From Patescibacteria group bacterium (GTDB lineage: Bacteria; Patescibacteriota; Patescibacteriia; Patescibacteriales; UBA12465), in assembly GCA_041650775.1 (NCBI GenBank), contig JBAZKO010000003.1, positions 1 through 60,596 on the forward strand: DNA of 60,596 bases. Direction: 5' to 3'. Positions 9,002 to 17,170 of this stretch are shown here, one piece after another; the first letter of the stretch is position 1, and every line of letters begins with the position of its first letter. The translations under genes were made by a program, and so were the position numbers. The notes beneath the pieces were generated by a model. It worked only from the letters and a program-made list of their open reading frames with translations. It was not told the origin of the DNA and made no database searches.

Positions 9002-10455
9002 AATTCCTCCGCGATTTTATCTGTCTTTTTAAACGATTGATAAACACTCAAGACATCTTCTCGACTGAAACCGCCCAAGATGAACAAGAATATAAAATAA
9101 AGCAGAGCGCCTAAGAACGTAATTAAAAAAATATTTATATATGATCGGCCAGCAAAAATAACCGCCCCCATGATCAGTGAAGCGATCAGTGCCTTCCCAA
9201 AAACCTGAAAATTTTTCCGGATATGGTAAACCGTAATTTTCTTGGCGAAATATAGGCCCAGAACGGACATCAGCATATTGGTCACCAGAACGGTCAGACT
9301 CGCGCCGACCGCTTGCCACCGCGGAATCAGAAGGAGATTCAACAGTACGCTGACGAACAGAACTATCGCCATATTCCGCGTATTCTTTTTTTGCGCGTCG
9401 CAGGCGTTCAATAGCGAACCGATGGGAAAATTTATAAAAATAAAAAATAAAGAAATGATGGAAATCCTCAACGGCCAGGCCGCGTCGCCGTAGCCCTCCT
9501 TGAATAACAGGACAATCTTATCGGCCAAAACCAGAACGCCGACGATAATCGGCAAAGAAATAATAGTCAGATAATTAAGCGCCCTTTCTAAAGAAATCCC
9601 CAGTTGCGCGCGGTTCGTCTGCCAATAAGCGCTTAAAGCCGGATAAAGCGAAGCGGTAAAAGCCAGTGGTAAAAACTGCAAAGCGAAAATAATCTTAAAA
9701 GCGACCTGATAAAGTCCGACCTGCTCGTCGCCGGCTAAAACCGATAAAAAAACCGCATCAAGGTAAGTATAAAGGCGCTGAAAAATAGCGTAAGCGGCGA
9801 AGGGCCAGCCAATAATGACAATTTCTTTGATCAGCGGACGATCGTAAAAAGTGCGGACGGCGATTTTTAACTTACATTTGACCACCGTCCAGGAATAGAC
9901 GAAGTTATAGAGACTGGCCAAAGCCAACGCGGCCATTGCCGGAATCAAACCGCCGCCCAAAAGCAGAGCGCCGTAACCGGCGGTTAAGACAATCAACTGA
10001 AAAATTACGGAGGAAATACTTTCATATTTCAAATTATGGAAGCCCCGAGTAACAGCAAAAAAGGTCGAAGTAAACGAATCCAAAACCATGGAAATGGCGG
10101 AAATATACACCAACGTTTTAGTTAAGGGATCGTAATCCAGGACATTTATCAAAATGAAAACCGCGGCCACGGCTAAGACTACCAGCGGTAATTTTAAAGT
10201 AAGGATATTGCCGAGCCAGCGTGCGGCCCGGCTTTGATCTTTGGCTATTTCGCGCGTCAGAACATTAGCGAAACCCAAATCAATAAAAATCGCGAAAATC
10301 GTGGTAAAAGAAATGGCCAGATAATATTTCCCCAGGTTCGCCGGCCCGACATAACGAGCCAAAAGCGTAAAGTAGGTAAAAGAAATTATTTTCTGCAAGA
10401 TTAGGGCAGAAGTTAGATATGAGGTATTCTTCGCGATATTACCGATTTTAACCAT
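8998..10455 (-). CDS. Wzx-like flippase (polysaccharide biosynthesis protein)
   Basis: About 12-14 TM helices; IDLGFANVLTREIA and VGLYQVAFK motifs. Confidence 0.88.
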   Translation of the reverse strand: MVKIGNIAKNTSYLTSALILQKIISFTYFTLLARYVGPANLGKYYLAISFTTIFAIFIDLGFANVLTREIAKDQSRAARWLGNILTLKLPLVVLAVAAVFILINVLDYDPLTKTLVYISAISMVLDSFTSTFFAVTRGFHNLKYESISSVIFQLIVLTAGYGALLLGGGLIPAMAALALASLYNFVYSWTVVKCKLKIAVRTFYDRPLIKEIVIIGWPFAAYAIFQRLYTYLDAVFLSVLAGDEQVGLYQVAFKIIFALQFLPLAFTASLYPALSAYWQTNRAQLGISLERALNYLTIISLPIIVGVLVLADKIVLLFKEGYGDAAWPLRISIISLFFIFINFPIGSLLNACDAQKKNTRNMAIVLFVSVLLNLLLIPRWQAVGASLTVLVTNMLMSVLGLYFAKKITVYHIRKNFQVFGKALIASLIMGAVIFAGRSYINIFLITFLGALLYFIFLFILGGFSREDVLSVYQSFKKTDKIAEEL

Positions 10456-10597
10456 AGTCCGTCTCTTGATTAAATTTAAAACTTATGATAATATAATATT
10501 ACCATAAAATAAACATAATCAATAGTTCAAAATTCTATTGATTTTTTATTCAATATTAACGATTTGTTAATAAATTTTTTTTATTTAATACAACGCT

Positions 10598-10933
10598 ATG
10601 AAGAATGATATCCACCCTAAATATTACCCGGACTGTAAGGTTTCTTGCGTTTGCGGCAATACTTTTTTAACCGGCTCCACCGAACCGGAAATTAAGGTTG
10701 AACTTTGCTCCGCCTGCCATCCTTTCTACACCGGTAAACAAAAGTTAGTCGATACGGCTCGCCGAGTCGAGAAATTCGAAGCCAAAGTAAAAGCCAAAGA
10801 CAGCGCCTCTAAAGATAAAAAAGGCAAGAAGGTAAAACGGGCGGCCCGGGCGGAAATAAGATCTAAGAAAGAAGTCGTAGTCAAAACCAAAGATTTGAAA
10901 AGGATTAGCCAGGTAAAATTAAATAAAAAATAG
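10598..10933 (+). CDS. rpmE: 50S ribosomal protein L31 (Zn-binding type) with Lys-rich C-terminal extension
   Basis: [27 protein letters not shown]. Confidence 0.96.
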   Translation: MKNDIHPKYYPDCKVSCVCGNTFLTGSTEPEIKVELCSACHPFYTGKQKLVDTARRVEKFEAKVKAKDSASKDKKGKKVKRAARAEIRSKKEVVVKTKDLKRISQVKLNKK

Positions 10934-10940
10934 CTTCCTT

Positions 10941-11029
10941 AAAGCAACCGGCTTAATTATTAGGCATATCCATGCTAAAATAATTATATTGGCGCCGCTC
11001 CGGCCGCGCCAGTTCCCCGGTTGCTTTTT
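10941..11029 (+). terminator. Branched terminator-like structure after rpmE
   Basis: 11-bp stem AAAGCAACCGG/CCGGTTGCTTT enclosing two hairpins, ending in a T5 run. Confidence 0.55.
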
Positions 11030-11034
11030 GTTAT

Positions 11035-11181
11035 AAAAAAAGGGCCAAAATCAATATGCCCAGGCGCAATAAAGATAAACGGAGGTAAAAAATGCGCCTC
11101 TGACATCAAAGCCAACCCTAAAGCTTTGTTTGATTTTGACCCAAAATCTTGAGTCCGTCTTTGGTAGACAGACTAACTATT
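11035..11181 (-). ncRNA. Candidate small RNA with anti-SD (ACCUCC) loop
   Basis: Minus-strand promoter, 5' hairpin, 13-bp closing stem with two arms, and U7 tail. Three plus-strand C.A mismatches read as G.U pairs on the minus strand. Confidence 0.55.
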
Positions 11182-11187
11182 ATAATC

Positions 11188-11216
11188 ATATTAATATATT
11201 TTTAGAATAACGTCAA
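11188..11216 (-). promoter_or_regulatory. sigma70-type promoter divergent from prfA
   Basis: TTGACG-N17-TAATAT on the minus strand. Confidence 0.55.
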
Positions 11217-11217
11217 T

Positions 11218-12273
11218 ATGTACGAAGAAATAAAATTACGATTCGCCGAATTAGAGAAAAAGCTGATGGATCCGGCAATAATCGGCAATCAGAAAGAAGT
11301 GATTAAATTATCCCAGGAACACGCCGGCCTGAAGAAGGCTATATCCTTGATTTTCGAGTTGGAAAAAACCGATTCGCTAATAAAAGATAATAATGAAATA
11401 ATTTCCTCGGAGCATGAAGGCGAATTGCGGACAATGGCTCAGGAAGAACTGGCGGGCTTGAAGGAAAAAGCGGCTAAACTTGCCGAAGAGTTAGAAGAAG
11501 AAATCCATCCCGCTAACCCGAATGATAAACGAAACGCCATCTTAGAAATTCGCGCCGGTGCGGGCGGCGACGAAGCAGCGATTTTCGCCGGTGACCTCTT
11601 TCGGATGTATGCTCGTTACTGCGAACGCCGCGGCCTGAAATTAAGCCTGATAGATGCCAGCGTCATCGGCATTGGCGGTTATAAAGAAGTCATCTTTGAG
11701 GTTAAGGGTGAAGGCGCTTACGGTCTGTTAAAATTCGAAGCTGGCACGCACCGCGTCCAGCGTGTTCCGGAAACGGAAAAACAGGGTCGGGTCCATACTT
11801 CTACCGCCACGGTCGTCGTTCTGCCGGAAGCGGAAGAAGTCGATATTGAAATCAAGCCGGGCGATGTCAGAATCGACACTTTCTGTTCCAGCGGTCCGGG
11901 CGGCCAAAGCGTTAATACCACTTATTCGGCCGTTCGTCTGGTTCATATTCCGACCGGCGTTACCGTTAGTTCACAAACCGAACGTTCCCAGCATCAAAAT
12001 AAAGAAAGAGCTTTTCAGGTACTCCGTTCTCGTCTCTTGGCGAAACAGGAGGAAGATCGCCGTCTCGCCTCGTCCACGGCTCACCAAACACAGGTCGGCG
12101 CCGGCGATCGCTCGGATAAAATCCGAACTTATAATTTCCCGCAGGATCGCGTCACTGATCACCGTATCAATGTCTCCTGGCATAGCATCACGAGAATAAT
12201 GGATGGAGAAATAAATGAAATCGTGAGTGAATTAAGAAAAGCGGAAAGGGCGGAAATGAAAGAAAAAAAATAA
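11218..12273 (+). CDS. prfA: Peptide chain release factor 1
   Basis: PxT recognition motif (RVPETE), GGQ motif (SGPGGQ), IRTYNFPQDRVTDHR. Confidence 0.97.
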   Translation: MYEEIKLRFAELEKKLMDPAIIGNQKEVIKLSQEHAGLKKAISLIFELEKTDSLIKDNNEIISSEHEGELRTMAQEELAGLKEKAAKLAEELEEEIHPANPNDKRNAILEIRAGAGGDEAAIFAGDLFRMYARYCERRGLKLSLIDASVIGIGGYKEVIFEVKGEGAYGLLKFEAGTHRVQRVPETEKQGRVHTSTATVVVLPEAEEVDIEIKPGDVRIDTFCSSGPGGQSVNTTYSAVRLVHIPTGVTVSSQTERSQHQNKERAFQVLRSRLLAKQEEDRRLASSTAHQTQVGAGDRSDKIRTYNFPQDRVTDHRINVSWHSITRIMDGEINEIVSELRKAERAEMKEKK

Positions 12274-12274
12274 A

Positions 12275-13213
12275 ATGCCAAGGCAAACAATAAAAAAGAC
12301 TAAAATATTAAATCTTAGCCAAATTATAGGCGCTTCTTCCCTTTCCCGGCCGGAAACCGAAATCCTAATAGCTTTTATCTTAAAAAAAACGCGCGAGTTT
12401 CTCCTGACTCATCCGGAAACTAAAATTACACCGGCCGTCGCCCGCCGCTTCCGCGCTCTCGAAAAAAAACGCCTGGCCGCTTGGCCGATTGCTTATCTGA
12501 CCGGACAAAAAGAATTTTACGGTCTAAATTTTAAAGTCAGCCCGGCGACGCTCGTGCCGCGGCCGGAAACCGAAATGATTGTGGAAAAAATCGTCGACCT
12601 GGCTAAATCACTGATACCGAAAAAACTGAGCGATATGAATGGCACCCGGCGCCCGTTAGTCATTGATCTCGGTACCGGCTCCGGAGCGATTATCATCGCC
12701 GTCGCTTCCGAACTAAAACGCCTCTTCCCCGCCAGCTATAAAAATATAAAATTTTCCGCGATTGATATCTCGGCTGACGCTTTAAAAGTGGCGAAACAAA
12801 ATGCCGCGGCGCATAAATTAAACAAAAAAATCAAGTTCTATCGTGGTGACCTACTTCTACCTCTTAAAAAATTGACCGCCGGGCGACCAATCTTCAAGGC
12901 CGACTCCCGTCTGATTATCAGCGCCAATCTTCCTTATTTGACCCCCGAACAAATAAAAAAATCGCCCAGCATCAAGCGCGAACCAAAACTCGCTCTTGAC
13001 GGCGGCGCGGATGGCTTAAAATATTACCAGGCGCTTTTTAAACAGCTATCCCAGACCGCTTTCCGTTCGGCAACGGTCTTGTGCGAAATTGATCCGGGGC
13101 AAGTCAAGAACATGAGGACTCTCGTGGTCAAATACTTCCCCGCCGCTCCAAACAGCCTCCAAACCGATTTATCCGGACAAGACAGATTATTCGTGCTAGA
13201 GTTAACGAGATAA
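12275..13213 (+). CDS. prmC: Release factor glutamine methyltransferase (HemK)
   Basis: PIAYLTG.KEFYG, LVPRPETE, DLGTGSGAI and ANLPY motifs; directly after prfA. Confidence 0.95.
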   Translation: MPRQTIKKTKILNLSQIIGASSLSRPETEILIAFILKKTREFLLTHPETKITPAVARRFRALEKKRLAAWPIAYLTGQKEFYGLNFKVSPATLVPRPETEMIVEKIVDLAKSLIPKKLSDMNGTRRPLVIDLGTGSGAIIIAVASELKRLFPASYKNIKFSAIDISADALKVAKQNAAAHKLNKKIKFYRGDLLLPLKKLTAGRPIFKADSRLIISANLPYLTPEQIKKSPSIKREPKLALDGGADGLKYYQALFKQLSQTAFRSATVLCEIDPGQVKNMRTLVVKYFPAAPNSLQTDLSGQDRLFVLELTR

Positions 13214-13298
13214 ATTCGCTCTTTGTCCAACAGGAATAGGGACGACTGTCGATGGAGAAGAAGAAGTGATAAAAATCAAACAATGGTGAAAGAATCAC

Positions 13299-13333
13299 AA
13301 AACCCCGCCTGCCGGGTCAGCAGACGGGGTTTT
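13299..13333 (-). terminator. Intrinsic terminator between convergent prmC and rplY
   Basis: AAAACCCCG-C-CTGC-N7-GCAG-A-CGGGGTTTT. Confidence 0.75.
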
Positions 13334-13381
13334 AATTTTGCTCCGCTTAAAATAATTACGTTTAAATCGGCGCTAAAGGTA

Positions 13382-14035
13382 TTATTTTTTTCCGCCTTCC
13401 TTATTCGCTTCAGCCGCCGGAGCCGCCCCTTTAGCCGTCGCTTCACCAGCCGCGCCTTCCGCCGCCGGAGCCGCTTCAACCGCTACCGGTTCCTCCTCCA
13501 CTTTCGGTTCTTTTACCGCCGCTACCATTTCATTAGTATGATGCACTAACGATAAACCTTTGGCCAACGACAAGTCGTTAACCCTAATCGCGTCGCTAAA
13601 AGTCTTCAAAACCGAGATATCGACATCAATATGATCGACCAAATCGCTCGGTAAGCATTCTACCGTCAGATGAATCATATCTTTAATCAAAACACCGCCC
13701 AGTTCTTTAACCGCTTTGGATTCGCCGACAAAATGCAACGGAATCTCCGTAGTGATCTTCTCTTTCATGTTTACCTGATAAAAATCGACATGAGTGAAAA
13801 ATCCTTTCATGACATCATGCTGAGTATCCTTAACTAAGACCTTGACCGCTCCCTGACCAAAATCCAAATCAATCAAATTAGATTCGCCGGCGGCCTTGAA
13901 AGCCTTGTCAAATTCGACTTTCTTGATTTTTAAGCTCTGATTCTCCACGCCCTTGCCGTACAAAACGGCGGGAATAAATTCCGGGCTTAACTTTTCGTTT
14001 CTTTCGCGTTTCTGAGCGGTTAATTTAAAATCCAT
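13382..14035 (-). CDS. rplY: 50S ribosomal protein L25/Ctc
   Basis: IPAVLYGKG and HVDFYQV motifs, long-form C-terminal domain, acidic Ala-rich tail. Confidence 0.95.
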   Translation of the reverse strand: MDFKLTAQKRERNEKLSPEFIPAVLYGKGVENQSLKIKKVEFDKAFKAAGESNLIDLDFGQGAVKVLVKDTQHDVMKGFFTHVDFYQVNMKEKITTEIPLHFVGESKAVKELGGVLIKDMIHLTVECLPSDLVDHIDVDISVLKTFSDAIRVNDLSLAKGLSLVHHTNEMVAAVKEPKVEEEPVAVEAAPAAEGAAGEATAKGAAPAAEANKEGGKK

Positions 14036-14052
14036 AGATTTGATAACTGAAT

Positions 14053-15159
14053 TTAATAACTAATTTTTGATTTAATAATGATATTCTCGACTATTCCCAC
14101 TAAAATAAGCAGAGATAACAAGGAACTGCCGCCATAACTGACAAAAGGAAGCGAGAGCCCGACGACTGGCAAGATTCCCAGGTTCATACCAATATTAATA
14201 AACATTTGGATAAAAATCAAGCCGGCGGCGCCGATAATAAAATAAATCCCGAAATCATTGTTAATTTTAGGCAAAATCCGAAAACAACGCCAGAAAAAAA
14301 TAAAATAGAAACCTAGAATCAAAACCGCGCCCAGGAAGCCCAGTTCCTCGGCGATAACCGCGAAAATAAAATCATTCTGCGCTTCCGGCAAAAATTTTAG
14401 CTGGGATTGCGAACCGAAACCGACGCCTTTTCCGGTCAAACCGCCGGAACCGACAGCAATCATCGCTTGGGAAACATGATAGCCGGATTCCAGAGAATTA
14501 ACGCCGGGATTAAAAAAATTAATGACCCTTTCTTTTTGATAATCTTCAAACAAGGAAAACCAAGCGACGGAAAAAAGGACGGCCGCCGTCAAACCGACAA
14601 TCATAAAATATTTTTTAGGAAAACCGGCGGCAATAATCATAATCAGCCAAATGGCGGCCAACATCAAAGACGAACCAAAATCCGGCTGGAGCAAGACCAA
14701 AAGAATCAAAAAGCCGGCACTAAGCGCGGAAAAAAAGAAATGGCGCACGGTCTTCACCCGCGTAGCCAGAGCGGAAAAAAAATCCGCCAGAAATAAAATC
14801 AGGATTATCTTGACGAACTCGACCGGTTGTAAGCCGAAACCGAACAGAGAAAACCAACCCTTGGTACCGCGAATAGTTGAACCGAAGATCAGAACCGAAA
14901 TTAAAATGATAACCCCCAGCCAGTACCAATAACGGCTCAGACTCTTTAAAAAATAGGAGTCGACAAAAGTGAATACGAACAGTAATAAGAAGCCGACGAC
15001 GACAAAAAAGATCTGCTTTTGAAAATTAAGCAGGTCCAGTTTTCCCTGTCCCAAAGCGACACTGTAAATTTCCACCAGACCGAAAGTGACCAACAGGAGG
15101 ACGGCGGAAAAAATAATCCAATCAAAATTTTTAAAATAAAGTTTCAAACGGCTGAACAT
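14053..15159 (-). CDS. rodA: SEDS family peptidoglycan polymerase RodA
   Basis: QPVEFVKI, QPDFG, AVGSGGLTGKG, LPEAQNDFIF and LPFVSYGGSS motifs. Confidence 0.9.
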   Translation of the reverse strand: MFSRLKLYFKNFDWIIFSAVLLLVTFGLVEIYSVALGQGKLDLLNFQKQIFFVVVGFLLLFVFTFVDSYFLKSLSRYWYWLGVIILISVLIFGSTIRGTKGWFSLFGFGLQPVEFVKIILILFLADFFSALATRVKTVRHFFFSALSAGFLILLVLLQPDFGSSLMLAAIWLIMIIAAGFPKKYFMIVGLTAAVLFSVAWFSLFEDYQKERVINFFNPGVNSLESGYHVSQAMIAVGSGGLTGKGVGFGSQSQLKFLPEAQNDFIFAVIAEELGFLGAVLILGFYFIFFWRCFRILPKINNDFGIYFIIGAAGLIFIQMFINIGMNLGILPVVGLSLPFVSYGGSSLLSLLILVGIVENIIIKSKISY

Positions 15160-15160
15160 A

Positions 15161-16057
15161 TTATTTCTGATCGGTTCCTTGATATTTCAGATAGACGCCC
15201 TCATCCATGATATTGACATCCGGACGTACTTCCGCCCGATTGACCGCACTTAAATTTCCCGGCCAGCTGATCCTGACGGTCCGTTCTTCGCCGGACAGAA
15301 AATTAAGCAAAGAATAACGGTTGACGCCGACCAGTTCCGACCCGTTAAACAAGAAGATGCTCAGAGGCGCTTCATAATAACTGTAAGAAGTTTGATTTTT
15401 AATCGTAAATTCCAAAGTATTAAGGCCAATTTTTTCTGCCGGATTGGCTTTGGACGCCGGTGTAAAGTCTAAACCGGCGACGGAAAAATTTAAACGGTCA
15501 AAATAAAAATTTTCCCAATTAGGAATCTTATGGCTGTCGATGCGGCGATAGGAAATTTCCGTCAACTTAAAAACGATTTCGCTTTGGGCGCCGTTAAATT
15601 CCCGTCCCAGCGCTAGGATATATTTTTCGGCTCCGGGCAAAATAAAATCTTCGCCGCAAGCCAGATCATTACCCGCCTGAGTAAAACAATATTTGAAACC
15701 GGCCAAAAACTTATCATTTAAATTATTTAGTTTGATGGCAAAATCATAATGTCCGTTATTGGCGAAAACTTGCGGTGGCGAAACTTGCAAATCCTGGGTA
15801 ACCTGGCGTGGCGACGCCGGCGTACTGCTTTCGACCAGTGAGTTTTGATTATCCAGAAAATAAACGACATAGTTATAACCGGAATAAATAAAAAAGAACG
15901 CCGAAACCGCCACTAAAAAAGCGATGATGATTTTAAGAAACTTCCGACGGTTTTCCGCCAGCCAGAGACCGAGATTCATTTCCCGCAAACTCACCCCGCT
16001 CAAGTCTTCATATTTCTGTAAATCCGCTTCCTTATCCGGTTTTTTATTTTTTGTCAT
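15161..16057 (-). CDS. Hypothetical membrane-anchored protein
   Basis: One TM near the N-terminus, then a beta-rich soluble region; abuts rodA. Confidence 0.75.
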   Translation of the reverse strand: MTKNKKPDKEADLQKYEDLSGVSLREMNLGLWLAENRRKFLKIIIAFLVAVSAFFFIYSGYNYVVYFLDNQNSLVESSTPASPRQVTQDLQVSPPQVFANNGHYDFAIKLNNLNDKFLAGFKYCFTQAGNDLACGEDFILPGAEKYILALGREFNGAQSEIVFKLTEISYRRIDSHKIPNWENFYFDRLNFSVAGLDFTPASKANPAEKIGLNTLEFTIKNQTSYSYYEAPLSIFLFNGSELVGVNRYSLLNFLSGEERTVRISWPGNLSAVNRAEVRPDVNIMDEGVYLKYQGTDQK

Positions 16058-16130
16058 AGATATGATATAATGTTTTCAGACCTTATCACTATATCATATT
16101 ATCATAAATTTATAAATATTTTATTGACTT

Positions 16131-17087
16131 ATGACTAACTTTAAAATTCCCCTGAGCGTTCCGAACGATAAAAAAAGCGAATACCGGAAAAACTACGAAA
16201 ATCTGACTAACGGCTCCGGCCGTTTACTGCTGATTGCCGGCGATCAGAAAGTCGAACATCTGAACGCCGATTTCTTCGGGTCGGGCATCGCGCCGGAAGA
16301 TAATAATCCGGAACATTTGTTTCAAATAGCCTCGGCCTCCCGGGGTGGAGTTTTGGCTGTTCACTTCGGCTTAATCGCCCGCTACGGCCAGGATTATCGA
16401 AAAATACCCTATATCGTCAAGCTAAACGGACGAACCAATCTCGGCGCCGACGAAGGAAAAAACTCCTGTAAAATCTGGTGGAAAGTCGAAGACATCGTCA
16501 AATTTAAAAAACAAAGCGGTCTGAAAATCGTCGGTATCGGTTATACGCTTTATCTCGGCGGCCAATTTGAAGCGGAAATGCTGGCGGCGGCGGCGCGGGC
16601 GATTTATGAAGCCCACCAGGCCGGTCTGACCGCGGTAATCTGGATGTACCCGCGCGGTAAAAACATCAAGGAAGAAGATATCCATACTATCGCCGGCGGC
16701 GCGGGCGTCGCCGCGGCTCTGGATGCCGATTTCGTCAAACTTAAATATCCCTATAATCTGAAAGACCGAAAGGCGACGGCGGAAAAATTTCAGGAAGCGA
16801 CTATCGCCGCCGGCCGAACCAAAGTAATCTGCGTGGGCGGCACTAAACGTCCGGTTAAGGAATTACTAGATTACTTAGAAACCCAAATCAAAATTGCCGG
16901 CACCGCCGGCTTAGCTATGGGCCGCAATCTGCACCAGCGGTCGCTTGAAGAATCGACCCGTTTGAGCGCGGCCTTAGGAGCAATTATTTTCAGGGGGTTA
17001 GACGCGAAAGAAGCTTTGGCGATTTACGCGGATAAGAAAAAAGGTTCGACGAAAAAAAGACGGAGCGGCTTCTTGGGATTATTTTAG
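16131..17087 (+). CDS. Class I fructose-bisphosphate aldolase (DhnA/archaeal type)
   Basis: AGDQKVEH, WMYPRG, ADFVKLKYP (Schiff-base Lys) and GLAMGRN motifs. Confidence 0.88.
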   Translation: MTNFKIPLSVPNDKKSEYRKNYENLTNGSGRLLLIAGDQKVEHLNADFFGSGIAPEDNNPEHLFQIASASRGGVLAVHFGLIARYGQDYRKIPYIVKLNGRTNLGADEGKNSCKIWWKVEDIVKFKKQSGLKIVGIGYTLYLGGQFEAEMLAAAARAIYEAHQAGLTAVIWMYPRGKNIKEEDIHTIAGGAGVAAALDADFVKLKYPYNLKDRKATAEKFQEATIAAGRTKVICVGGTKRPVKELLDYLETQIKIAGTAGLAMGRNLHQRSLEESTRLSAALGAIIFRGLDAKEALAIYADKKKGSTKKRRSGFLGLF

Positions 17088-17111
17088 TGATTATTATTTC
17101 CAATACATATT

Positions 17112-17144
17112 AATAAAATACCGCCGATAGGGCGGTATTTTATT
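17112..17144. terminator. Bidirectional intrinsic terminator
   Basis: AATAAAATACCGCC-GATAG-GGCGGTATTTTATT between convergent genes. Confidence 0.85.
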
Positions 17145-17170
17145 TATCCGATTTATCTGGGTTTGATTCT

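Noticed and set aside
10941-11181. SRP RNA, 6S RNA or tmRNA between rpmE and prfA
   Set aside because: No SRP GGAA helix-8 motif and no tRNA-like ends; too short and branched for a typical 6S. Needs an Rfam search to exclude formally.
13223-13549. Arg-rich ORFs at 13223-13549 (+) and 13276-13479 (-), and similar short ORFs overlapping lysS, prfA, dnaE, the S-layer gene, the TPM gene and arsM
   Set aside because: Antisense or off-frame shadows of well-supported genes; low-complexity translations come from GCC/GGC codon runs.
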